From a bacterium (Candidatus Torokbacteria) CG_4_10_14_0_2_um_filter_35_8 (GTDB lineage: Bacteria; Patescibacteriota; GCA-2792135): 28,526 bases of DNA. Below are positions 18,457 to 27,265 of this stretch, in pieces. Where the stretch lies: assembly GCA_002792135.1 (NCBI GenBank), contig PFNU01000141.1, positions 1 to 28,526 of the forward strand. The letters are read 5' to 3'. A program made the position numbers and the translations under genes. The first letter of the stretch is position 1, and each line of letters opens with the position of its first letter. Below the pieces are notes generated by a model that was given only the letters and a program-made list of their open reading frames with translations, was not told where the DNA came from and ran no database searches.

Positions 18457-18568
18457 TGTCATTCCCGTCCCGTACTAAATACGGGATAAACTCCAGCGGG
18501 AATCTACATTCAGAGTGATGGATTCCTGCTGGAGTTTACCCCATACTTGATACAGGGCAGGAATGACA
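18457..18568. repeat. TGTCATTCC(C/T)G-terminated MITE-like long hairpin, copy 1
   Basis: Two ~50-bp inverted arms (tgtcattcccg...ataaactccagcgggaatct / ggattcctgctggagtttac...caggaatgaca). Confidence 0.82.
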
Positions 18569-18574
18569 TTCTTT

Positions 18575-20188
18575 CTAGTACCTATCCGTCCGAGGCGAAC
18601 TAGTGCCTTCTTTCTCAACCAAATACGACATCAAACTTCTCCCAGTCATCTCTGCTGGTTTTTCAATCCCCATTAAATTCAAAACCGTTGGCGCAACATC
18701 AGAAAGAAACCCTAAGGTAGGAGGAATAAACCCTTCTTCCTTTTTTTCTGGCTCTTGTTTCTTAAAATCACTTCCAACTAGAATAAACGGAACAGGACTT
18801 GTATTATGTTTTTTATCCATCTCTAAAGTTTGAGGATCTAGCATTACTTCTGCGTTGCCGTGATCTGCGGTAATCAATGCTACACCATTTTGGGCAAGTA
18901 CTTCTTTTATAACATCTCCTAAACATTTATCAACTGCTTCACAAGCTTTTATACCAGCAGATATATTTCCAGTGTGCCCTACCATATCAGGGTTGGCGAA
19001 ATTTACAAGAACAAAAGCATATTTATCCTCTTGAATAGCCTGAATGAGTCTATCGCGTACCTTAAAAGCACTCATCTCTGGTTTTAGATCATACGTGGCT
19101 ACATCCGGAGAAGGAATAACAACTTTTACTTCCTCAAAAAAACCCTCTTCGTTTCCACAATCAAAAAAATAAGTTACATGAGCATATTTCTCAGTCTCAG
19201 CAATATGAAATTGTTTTAGACCCTTAAGACTTACAACTTCAGTAATGGAGTTTTTAATTTCTTCCTCAGGAAAAGCAACTTCACAATTAAGACCTTTTTC
19301 ATATTCCGTCATAGCAGTAAAGAATATATTTTTAGGCCGTACTAATAGATCAAACTCCTTAAAATCAGGATTTATAAAAGCTTTTGTGATTTGACGCGCC
19401 CTATCAGATCGAAAATTAAAAAAGATAATACCATCATTGTCTGAAATTTTAGCAACTAGTTTTTTATCTTTTAAAGTAACAACTATGGGCTGAATGGTTT
19501 CGTCATATATTCCTCTGTCATAAAAATCTTGAATAGCAGATAAGGAATCTTGAAAAAAAATACCTTCTCCCAAAACCATAGCTTGATAAGCTTTTTCTAC
19601 TCTCCACCAATTATTGTCTCTGTCCATAGCAAAGTATCTTCCGGAGAGGGTAGCAATCTTGCCCACACCTGATTCTTCCATGCGTTTTTCTAGCTCCTCT
19701 ATATAAGAAAGAGCAACTTTTGGCGCTGTATCTCTTCCATCTAAAAAAGCATGCACAAAAACTCTCTCTACATTTTCTCTCTTTGCTAGCTCCAAAAGAG
19801 CATAAAGATGATCTTGGTGACTATGAACTCCCCCAGGGCTTACAAGCCCCATCAAATGCAAGCTTGAATTGTGCTTTTTAACATGCTCTACTACCTTTAA
19901 AAAAGCTTGGTTCTTAAAGAAAGAACCATCTTTAATACTATTGGTAATCTTTACTACATCCTGAAAAATAATTCTTCCCCCACCCAAATTCATGTGTCCT
20001 ACCTCAGAGTTTCCAGGCTCTCCCCAGAAAAGACCTACTGCTTCTCCTGATGCTTGCAAGCTAATAAAAGGATAGTTTTCTTTTAAATTATCAAAGTTGG
20101 GAGTATACGCAGACTCTACGGCATTACCCTGCCCAGGTGGCGCAAGACCCCAACCGTCTAATATAATAAGGACTATGGGTTTACTCAT
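18575..20188 (-). CDS. gpmI: 2,3-bisphosphoglycerate-independent phosphoglycerate mutase, paralogue 1
   Basis: ILDGWG, GNSEVGH, GGVHSH, DGRD, GRYFAMDRD, RSDRARQ, ETEKYAH, NPDMVGH and TADHGN. ATG 20188 (MSKP) chosen by homology to paralogue 2. Confidence 0.95.
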   Translation of the reverse strand: MSKPIVLIILDGWGLAPPGQGNAVESAYTPNFDNLKENYPFISLQASGEAVGLFWGEPGNSEVGHMNLGGGRIIFQDVVKITNSIKDGSFFKNQAFLKVVEHVKKHNSSLHLMGLVSPGGVHSHQDHLYALLELAKRENVERVFVHAFLDGRDTAPKVALSYIEELEKRMEESGVGKIATLSGRYFAMDRDNNWWRVEKAYQAMVLGEGIFFQDSLSAIQDFYDRGIYDETIQPIVVTLKDKKLVAKISDNDGIIFFNFRSDRARQITKAFINPDFKEFDLLVRPKNIFFTAMTEYEKGLNCEVAFPEEEIKNSITEVVSLKGLKQFHIAETEKYAHVTYFFDCGNEEGFFEEVKVVIPSPDVATYDLKPEMSAFKVRDRLIQAIQEDKYAFVLVNFANPDMVGHTGNISAGIKACEAVDKCLGDVIKEVLAQNGVALITADHGNAEVMLDPQTLEMDKKHNTSPVPFILVGSDFKKQEPEKKEEGFIPPTLGFLSDVAPTVLNLMGIEKPAEMTGRSLMSYLVEKEGTSSPRTDRY

Positions 20189-20279
20189 AAATTTAGCTGT
20201 TAGTTTTCTCGTCAAAGATATTAAGTTAGCGAACTTAAGGCTACTAGGTTACTGGGGCTACTGGGAACTAGAGTATTTG

Positions 20280-20663
20280 TTACTGGGGTCTTTTGACTTT
20301 CCTATTATAGTACCTAATGTAGCCATTTATCATTTTAACAAGAGTTGAATATTTTGAGATTAATTTATCCGCTAGTTCTTTATTGATATATTTTTTATCT
20401 TTTGCTTCGCAGAGCTTGCTTACTACTTCTAACACTTCCCCTCTTGCAACACTAAAGCAGTAATTTTTTTCTTTAAAATAATATCTACCGTAACCTTCTG
20501 CTATATTATTTGCTACAGAAGAAGCCGATCTTCTTAATTGTGTTGATAAATTGAATTTCTCTTTTGGAGGAAATCTCTCTATTTCTTTATGGATAATGAG
20601 CATTAAAACATGAGCACCTTTCCATATCTTTAAACCATCAAGACTATATTTATCTTCCTCCAT
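20280..20663 (-). CDS. Four-helix-bundle protein (23S rRNA IVP / bAvd-like), copy 1
   Basis: LKIWKGAH, FPPKEKFNLSTQLRRSASSVANNIAEGYGR, ARGEVLEV and LVKMING match the four-helix-bundle family pattern. Confidence 0.9.
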   Translation of the reverse strand: MEEDKYSLDGLKIWKGAHVLMLIIHKEIERFPPKEKFNLSTQLRRSASSVANNIAEGYGRYYFKEKNYCFSVARGEVLEVVSKLCEAKDKKYINKELADKLISKYSTLVKMINGYIRYYNRKVKRPQ

Positions 20664-20730
20664 ATATTTAAAAGACTTCTAACAATTACCCTAATTTCTA
20701 ACTCCCTAGTAGCCTAGTAGTCCTAGTTGC

Positions 20731-22263
20731 CTAAACCATCAAACTCTCCTCCGTTCCTTTCGGTTTCTCAATATGTAAAATATCTAAAATCGTAGGAGCA
20801 ACATTTGCTAAAACTCCCTTTTTAAGTTTAACACTCTGAAAACTATCAACAAGAATAAAAGGAACAGGGTTTCTAGAATGAGTTGTAGAGGTATCACCAG
20901 TGTCAGGATAAATCATTTCTTCAATATTGCCATGATCTGCTGTAATGACGGCTTCACCTTTTTTCTTTAAGATACTGCTCACAAGCTTACCTAAGCATTC
21001 GTCAACTACTTCACAAGCCTTAATTCCAGCTTTTAAATCTCCTGTATGACCAACCATATCAGGATTTGCATAGTTTACAACGATAAAATCATAGATACCT
21101 TCTTTAATATACTTAACCAAAGTATCTGTTAGTTCAAAAGCACTCATCTCTGGTTTTTCTGCGTAACTTTTGACAATCGGAGAATCAATTTTAATTCTTT
21201 CTTCGTGAGCAACAGGATCTGCAAAACCTCCATTAAAAAAATAAGTAACATGAGCATATTTCTCACTTTCTGTAATATAAAGCTGTTTTATGCCCTTTTT
21301 ACCTAAAATCCTAGGCAAGGTATTCTTAATAGTCCTTGCAGGATAAGCAGTAATGGTATCAAGATCAGGACCAAACTCTGTCATCGCAACAAACAAGATA
21401 TCGCTAAGTCTTTCTTTTATTTTAAAACCTATAAACTCCCTCTGAGCAAAAGTTTTGGTAAGCTGCCTTGCTCTATCTGAGCGAAGATTAACAAAAACAA
21501 TAGAATCTCCTGATTTTATCCTCGGTACCATCTTACCATTTTTATAAATCACAGTTGGCTCTATAAATTCATCTCCAATTTTCTTTTTATAATTTTCTTT
21601 AATTGCTTTTCTTGCTGAGCTTGATTTTTCCCCTTTACCATAAACTAAAGCGTTGTAAATCTTTTCTGTTCTTTCCCATTTTTTTACTCTATCCATTGCA
21701 AAGTACCTTCCTGAAATGGTGCCAATATCAACTTCTATTTTTTCTTTTCTAACAAAATTCTCTAGATCTTTAAGAAACCACAGACCATTATGAGAAGGTG
21801 CATCTCTTCCATCAGTAAAAAGATGAAGAACTGCGCCTTTTACCTTATTATCTTTTATAAATTTCAAAATTTTTTTCAAATGGAAGGGGTCTGCATGAGC
21901 ACTCTGATCTCCTGTAATAAGACTCATAATATGCAGTCGGGACTTCAAAGCCTCGATATGCTTTAAGGCAGCAATAAATGCCGGGTTTCTAAAAAAAGTA
22001 CCATCTAGAATTGAACAGGAGACGTAACAAGAGTCTTGGGTAATAACCTTTCCAGCACCCAAATTCATGTGTCCTGCCTCAGAATTTCCTATTTGATTAT
22101 CAGGAAGTCCTACATACTTTCCTGATGCTTCCAGGCTCGTATGAGGATACTCTCTCCAATATTTATCAAAGTTTGGAGTCTTTGCTTGAGAGATAGCGTT
22201 TCCTTTTCCAGACGGTGCAAGTCCCCAACCGTCTAAGATTATTAAGACTAAAGGTTTAGACAT
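20731..22263 (-). CDS. gpmI: 2,3-bisphosphoglycerate-independent phosphoglycerate mutase, paralogue 2
   Basis: Same catalytic motif set (ILDGWG, GNSEAGH, DGRD, RSDRARQ, ESEKYAH, NPDMVGH, TADHGN); GGVHSH is replaced by DQSAHAD. Confidence 0.93.
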   Translation of the reverse strand: MSKPLVLIILDGWGLAPSGKGNAISQAKTPNFDKYWREYPHTSLEASGKYVGLPDNQIGNSEAGHMNLGAGKVITQDSCYVSCSILDGTFFRNPAFIAALKHIEALKSRLHIMSLITGDQSAHADPFHLKKILKFIKDNKVKGAVLHLFTDGRDAPSHNGLWFLKDLENFVRKEKIEVDIGTISGRYFAMDRVKKWERTEKIYNALVYGKGEKSSSARKAIKENYKKKIGDEFIEPTVIYKNGKMVPRIKSGDSIVFVNLRSDRARQLTKTFAQREFIGFKIKERLSDILFVAMTEFGPDLDTITAYPARTIKNTLPRILGKKGIKQLYITESEKYAHVTYFFNGGFADPVAHEERIKIDSPIVKSYAEKPEMSAFELTDTLVKYIKEGIYDFIVVNYANPDMVGHTGDLKAGIKACEVVDECLGKLVSSILKKKGEAVITADHGNIEEMIYPDTGDTSTTHSRNPVPFILVDSFQSVKLKKGVLANVAPTILDILHIEKPKGTEESLMV

Positions 22264-22336
22264 AAATTTAGCTGTTAATTTTTTCGTTTAAGATACTAGA
22301 ATTGATAAATTTAAGGTTACTAGGTTACTGGGATTA

Positions 22337-22738
22337 CTAGGAACTAGGGTGTTTGTTAGAATGTTTCTTGGCTTTCTTATTGTAGTACCCAATGTAACCA
22401 TTTATCATTTTAACAAGAGTTGAATATTTGGAAATTAACTTATTTACAAGTCTTTTGTTGATATAGTTTTTGTCTCTTGCCTCACAAAGCTCACTTATTA
22501 CTTCTAAAACTTCCCCTCTTGCAATACTGAAGCAGTGATTTTTTTCTTTAAAATAATATCTACCATAACCTTCTGCAATATTATTTGCTACAGAAGAGGC
22601 TGCTTTTCTTAATTGTGATACCAGATTAAATTTTTCTTCTTCAGGAAACTTCTGTATCTCCTTATGGATAATCAGCATTAAAACATGAGCACCTTTCCAT
22701 ATCTTTAAACTATCAAGACTATATTTATCTTCCTCCAT
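22337..22738 (-). CDS. Four-helix-bundle protein (23S rRNA IVP / bAvd-like), copy 2
   Basis: About 81% identical to copy 1 by manual alignment (24 differences in 127 positions). Confidence 0.9.
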   Translation of the reverse strand: MEEDKYSLDSLKIWKGAHVLMLIIHKEIQKFPEEEKFNLVSQLRKAASSVANNIAEGYGRYYFKEKNHCFSIARGEVLEVISELCEARDKNYINKRLVNKLISKYSTLVKMINGYIGYYNKKAKKHSNKHPSS

Positions 22739-22840
22739 ATATTTAAAAGATTGCTAACAATCATCCTAATTTCTAACTCCCTAGTAGCCTAGTAGTCCTA
22801 GTAGTCCTAGTAGCCTAACACTATAGTACAAAACAACATT

Positions 22841-24097
22841 TTAATCCTTCACTTTCTCTTCAATCCTAAGCAACCTATTATATTTACAAATCCTCTCGCC
22901 CCGAGAAAGCGACCCTGTCTTCATATTATTTGTTCCCATGCCTACTGCCAAATCGGAAATAAAGACATCTTCTGTATCTCCTGATCTATGAGAGGTAACT
23001 GTAGTAAATTTTTTATCTTGTGCCTTTTTAACAAATTCAAACATCTCTGTTATCGTTCCAATCTGATTTGGTTTAATCAAAACGGAATTAACACAATCTT
23101 CTAAAATTGCTTTCTCAAGCCTTTTTGGATTGGTAACTAAAAGATCATCTCCTATTAAATCAATGTTATCACCCAATTTTTCTTTTAACATCTTCCAACC
23201 AGAAAAATCATCTTCAAAAAGACCATCTTCTATTTTTGTTATTGGAAATTTCTCTATTAGTTTCGAGTAATAATCAATCAATTTCTCATTACTAAACTTT
23301 TTCTTTCCTCCATCTAAAATATATTTTCCGCCTTCATAAAAACTAGTCGCGGCACTATCAACCCCTAAGAAAATTTCTTGTCCTGGTTTGTAACCTGATT
23401 TTTCTATGGCTTGCATTATAAATTCTAAAGCTTCTTCGTTTGATTTAAGTTCTGGTGCATACCCACCCTCATCTCCTACATTTGTAGTAAACCCTTTTTC
23501 TTCTAAAAGTTTTTTTAGAGTATGGAAAATTTCTGATCCTGCTCGAAGCTGCTCCTTAAAACTTTTGATCTCTTGGGGAATAATCCAAAATTCCTGAATA
23601 TCAAGATTATTTGATGCGTGCTTTCCACCATTTATGACATTAAACAAAGGAATAGGAATTTTATATTCAGTATTTTCTGAATTAAAAATACTCCTTATAT
23701 ATTCATAAAGCTCCAAACCGGAAAATACCGCGCTTGCCTTACAATAAGCAATGCTCACAGACAAAATCGCATTTGCCCCTAATTCCTCCTTATTTTCTGT
23801 ACCGTCTAATTCTAGCATAATTCCATCAACTTCCTTCTGCTCTCCTGGATCTTGACCTACTAATTTAGGGAATATTATTTCATTAACATTTTCTACTGCT
23901 TTTAAAACACCTTTGCCATGATACCGGCTTCCATCACCATCTCTTAATTCTAAAGCTTCATATTTACCTGTCGATGCACCCGATGGAACTTGCGCAATTC
24001 CTGTTGAACCATCGTCAAAGGTAACTTCAGTTTCAATAGTAGGATTCCCTCTAGAATCTAAAATCTCTCTTGCAGAGATTGATTTTATAGTCGCCAT
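22841..24097 (-). CDS. eno: Enolase
   Basis: REILDSRGNPT, PSGASTG, NVINGGKH, GDEGG, GDDL, LIKPNQIG, SHRSG and KYNRLLRIEE. Confidence 0.98.
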   Translation of the reverse strand: MATIKSISAREILDSRGNPTIETEVTFDDGSTGIAQVPSGASTGKYEALELRDGDGSRYHGKGVLKAVENVNEIIFPKLVGQDPGEQKEVDGIMLELDGTENKEELGANAILSVSIAYCKASAVFSGLELYEYIRSIFNSENTEYKIPIPLFNVINGGKHASNNLDIQEFWIIPQEIKSFKEQLRAGSEIFHTLKKLLEEKGFTTNVGDEGGYAPELKSNEEALEFIMQAIEKSGYKPGQEIFLGVDSAATSFYEGGKYILDGGKKKFSNEKLIDYYSKLIEKFPITKIEDGLFEDDFSGWKMLKEKLGDNIDLIGDDLLVTNPKRLEKAILEDCVNSVLIKPNQIGTITEMFEFVKKAQDKKFTTVTSHRSGDTEDVFISDLAVGMGTNNMKTGSLSRGERICKYNRLLRIEEKVKD

Positions 24098-24205
24098 GAG
24101 AATAAGTTAAAAGTTTTCCACCTTCTTCTGCCACGGGCGGACGGATTCGGCGGATCAGCCTAGGGCTGAAAAATAAAAAATCAAAAAAACATTAATTTTA
24201 TTTTG

Positions 24206-24234
24206 ATTATAACATTCAAAATCTGTAAATACAA
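24206..24234 (-). promoter_or_regulatory. Putative sigma70 promoter of eno
   Basis: TTGTAT (24234-24229), 17-bp spacer containing the extended TG, TATAAT (24211-24206). Confidence 0.55.
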
Positions 24235-24283
24235 AAAAGAATTGGCTTTTAGTTTTCTACAATTTTTTAAAACCAGTTTTTAT

Positions 24284-24311
24284 TTGACTTTTAAGACAAA
24301 CTGTCTAAACT
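24284..24311 (+). promoter_or_regulatory. Putative promoter of the 75-aa orphan gene
   Basis: TTGACT, 16-bp spacer, TAAACT; the spacer contains the dyad AGACA-aac-TGTCT. Confidence 0.4.
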
Positions 24312-24373
24312 TTGATTAGATTATTATTATCGTCACCAAAAAGCTAAACTTAGCAAGAAGGAGGAAAGAGAGT

Positions 24374-24601
24374 ATGTCTTTAAACGAAAAATATACCTGT
24401 AAAGGCGGAAAAGTGATAAACGTGGGGTTCAAGTTCCCCCCGGAGAAAGCCTTGAAAGATAAGGTTAAAAAGGCTCTCGAAGAAGGTGTTATAGATCCGA
24501 TTAAGAATGACATCTTTCTTCTTTCTGTCTCTCCTCTTCAAGAAGGTGGAATAGATATCTGCTATCAAGAAGGCAGGGAGACAAAGAATATAAAAATATA
24601 A
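24374..24601 (+). CDS. Hypothetical protein (75 aa), opposite strand
   Basis: Strong AGGAGG SD at 24359-24364, an upstream promoter candidate and a downstream hairpin. No family recognised. Confidence 0.65.
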   Translation: MSLNEKYTCKGGKVINVGFKFPPEKALKDKVKKALEEGVIDPIKNDIFLLSVSPLQEGGIDICYQEGRETKNIKI

Positions 24602-24639
24602 AACCAGCTTCTAGTCTTTTAAGGCAGGCTGGTTCTTTT
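24602..24639 (+). terminator. Putative intrinsic terminator between the convergent orphan and pgk
   Basis: aaccagc...gctggtt stem followed by ctttt. Confidence 0.45.
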
Positions 24640-24648
24640 CATATATCA

Positions 24649-25752
24649 TTATATTTTTAACACCTCGACCCCCAGAAGCTTTTTTCCTGATAAAAACTCC
24701 AGCATTGCTCCTCCACCAGTTGAAACGTGATTCATCTTATCAAAAGTTTTTGTATCTAAAAGAGTATTGACAGTCTCTCCTCCTCCGACGACTTTAAAAG
24801 CTTTAGATTTAGAAATTGCTTTTGCTATTTTAAAAGTTCCATCCCTAAAACGCTTATCTTCATACATTCCAAGAGGTCCATTCCAAACTATTGTTTTAGC
24901 TCTCTTAATATAATCTTTAAAAAGTTTAATTGACTTTTTGCCAGTATCAAAAACTCTACCTTTATCCCATCTGTAATCAACAGGTAAAATAATATTAGAA
25001 TAATTTTTTGGAACTCTATCTTGAAGATCTTCTTTGCCTTTTTCTAGTTTTATCTTATTTTCTTTAAGAAATTCATACGAGATCGCGCTACTCAGTAAAA
25101 TATGATCGAATTTATCTTTTAAATTATCTATTACTGGAAGCTTGGTTTCTATCTTTATACCACCAATAATCGCAATTGCGGGTTTTTTAGGCTTCTTCAT
25201 AACTTTTTCTAAGACCTTTACTTCTTTTTCTACAAGTAAACCCGCTGCACTTCTTAAATATCGAGGGATAAAAGTTACGGAAGAATGATCTCTGTGGCAT
25301 ACTCCAAAAGCATCTTGTACAAAGAAATCTGCATAGCTTGCAAGTTTTTTAGCAAAACTTTGAGAGCCATGTTCTTCTTCTGGATGGAATCTAAGATTTT
25401 CAAGTAAAATAATTTCTTTTGGTTTTAATTCCGAGATAATCTTAGAAGTCTTTAGACCAATACAATCATTAGAAAATTTAACTTTCCTTTTTAATAATTT
25501 CTCCAATCTATCTCTTACAGGCAGTAGGCTAAACCTCTTTACTCTTCTCCCTTCAGGTCTTCCTAAATGGCTTATCAGAATAATTGAACAATTATTTTTT
25601 AACAAATACTTAATCGTAGGAAGAGTCTGTCTAATTTTATAATCCTCGGATTTGTTAACCTTGTTATCAGATCCTAACGGAACGTTGAAGTCGCAACGGA
25701 CGAGGATTTTTTTATTCTTTATATGAAGGTTTTTTAAAGTTCTAAGTTCCAT
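24649..25752 (-). CDS. pgk: Phosphoglycerate kinase (compact, 367 aa)
   Basis: VRCDFNVP, SHLGRPEG, LLENLRF, DAFGVCHR, GGIKIETK, WNGPLG, GGGET and STGGGAMLEFL. Confidence 0.97.
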   Translation of the reverse strand: MELRTLKNLHIKNKKILVRCDFNVPLGSDNKVNKSEDYKIRQTLPTIKYLLKNNCSIILISHLGRPEGRRVKRFSLLPVRDRLEKLLKRKVKFSNDCIGLKTSKIISELKPKEIILLENLRFHPEEEHGSQSFAKKLASYADFFVQDAFGVCHRDHSSVTFIPRYLRSAAGLLVEKEVKVLEKVMKKPKKPAIAIIGGIKIETKLPVIDNLKDKFDHILLSSAISYEFLKENKIKLEKGKEDLQDRVPKNYSNIILPVDYRWDKGRVFDTGKKSIKLFKDYIKRAKTIVWNGPLGMYEDKRFRDGTFKIAKAISKSKAFKVVGGGETVNTLLDTKTFDKMNHVSTGGGAMLEFLSGKKLLGVEVLKI

Positions 25753-25863
25753 AAATTGGAATTATGAATCAGAAATTTTTACATTCTAAATTTTAAAATT
25801 ATTAGTCACTAATAATTCCCAATTTTCAACCATTAACAATTTTAAATTTTTATTTTTAATTTT

Positions 25864-26889
25864 TTAATTTACTTTAGATCCTACCATTCTCGCCATATCC
25901 ACAAGTCTACAAGAATATCCCCACTCATTATCATACCAGGAAATTACTTTTAAGAAATTTTTACCAATCATTTGAGTAAGAGTACCATCAACAATTGCAG
26001 AGCGAGGATCTTTAATATAATCAGAAGAAACTTTTGGTTCATACTCTATAGCTAAAATACCTTTCATTTTTTCTGATTTAGATGCCTCTTCAAATTTTCT
26101 ATTTACCTCTTCTACTGCTGTATCTTTTGTAATATGACAAGTAACATCGGCAAGAGAAACACAAGGTGTGGGAACTCTTACCGCAAAGCCATCAAAAATT
26201 TCTGAAAGCTTAGGGATTGCTTTTCCTACAGTTTTAGCAGCACCAGAGGTGGTAGGAACTAAATTTATTGCTGCAGCCCTTCCTCTTCTAAAATCTTTTT
26301 CACAAGGGCTATCAACAATACTCTGCGTGCTGGTATAAGAGTGAATGGTATTCATTAAAGCTTGCCTAATATCAAAATGATCATCAATTACTTTCACAAC
26401 CGGAGCAAGACAATTTGTAGTACAAGAACCATTGGAAATAAGATCATCTTTTCCAGAATTATATTGTTCTTCATTAACTCCCATAAGATAAGTTGGAATA
26501 TCTTCTGACTTGGAAGGAGCGGAAATAATTACTTTTTTAGTACCTGCTTTAAGGTGTTTTCCAGCACCTTCTTTTTCTGTAAAAAATCCTGTGCATTCTA
26601 AGACTAAATCAACACCTAAATCCTCCCAAGGAAGCCTTTCTGGATCTTTTTCCGCTAGAATTTTGTATTCTTTACCATCTACAATTATTGCATTTTTTTT
26701 AGAGTTTACATCTCTCTCGTATCTTCCGTAAACAGAATCATACTTTAGTAAATAGGAAAGAGTCTTCGCATCTGTAAGGTCGTTAATCGCCACAATTTCA
26801 ATATCATTAAATTCTAAGGCTCTTTGGAAAGTAGTCCTCCCTATTCTTCCAAATCCATTGATGGCAATTTTTATTTTTTTACTAATCAT
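25864..26889 (-). CDS. gap: Glyceraldehyde-3-phosphate dehydrogenase type I
   Basis: INGFGRIGR, SNGSCTTNCLAP (catalytic Cys), PTTSGAAK and WYDNEWGYS. Confidence 0.98.
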   Translation of the reverse strand: MISKKIKIAINGFGRIGRTTFQRALEFNDIEIVAINDLTDAKTLSYLLKYDSVYGRYERDVNSKKNAIIVDGKEYKILAEKDPERLPWEDLGVDLVLECTGFFTEKEGAGKHLKAGTKKVIISAPSKSEDIPTYLMGVNEEQYNSGKDDLISNGSCTTNCLAPVVKVIDDHFDIRQALMNTIHSYTSTQSIVDSPCEKDFRRGRAAAINLVPTTSGAAKTVGKAIPKLSEIFDGFAVRVPTPCVSLADVTCHITKDTAVEEVNRKFEEASKSEKMKGILAIEYEPKVSSDYIKDPRSAIVDGTLTQMIGKNFLKVISWYDNEWGYSCRLVDMARMVGSKVN

Positions 26890-27024
26890 AGAGTTGGATT
26901 AAAAATTAAAAGTGAGAAACATCAAAAAAACTTGATGCGAATTAATACAAATGATACGAATCCGCCCTGGGGACGTAGTATGTCCCTGGGAACGTTCTAC
27001 GTTCCTGGACGGAGAATTGGATAC

Positions 27025-27149
27025 TGTCATTCCCGCGAGGGACGTTAAACGTCCCGAAAGCGGGAATCCATACCAGAGTCTATCACAATATTAAAGGCAT
27101 GGATTCCTGCTGGAGTTTACCCCGTAATCAGTACGGGGCAGGAATGACA
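27025..27149. repeat. TGTCATTCC(C/T)G-terminated MITE-like long hairpin, copy 2
   Basis: Right half nearly identical to 18520-18568. Left half is GTCATTCCCGCGA[gggacgttaaacgtccc]GAAAGCGGGAATCCA. Confidence 0.82.
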
Positions 27150-27265
27150 ACTTTGTCTTTGTACAGAAGCTCGCATTTAATTCGTTCCTCTCATCCCGTT
27201 CAACGGGACTTAGTGTGGAATTCGAAACTAATTCGTATTCGGCCGTATAGCTCTTAATTCTAAAT

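Noticed and set aside
20280-22738. Diversity-generating retroelement (Avd-like genes, duplicated sequence)
   Set aside because: No reverse transcriptase in the window. Differences between the duplicated copies are not restricted to adenines, and there is no TR/VR pair.
17398-22819. Integron attC cassettes (GTTAGGC = GTTRRRY at 17400-17406 and 22813-22819 on the minus strand)
   Set aside because: No matching RYYYAAC inverse core at attC distance and no intI. The match arises from the TAGGC repeat unit.
156-27048. Remaining short plus-strand ORFs overlapping conserved genes (156, 2188, 4751, 6521, 7721, 7851, 9855, 11650, 12346, 15194, 16635, 18603, 20097, 23406, 26510, 26824) and minus-strand shadows (16280, 24316, 24380)
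   Set aside because: Antisense shadows of well-supported genes or repeats, with no independent coding signal.
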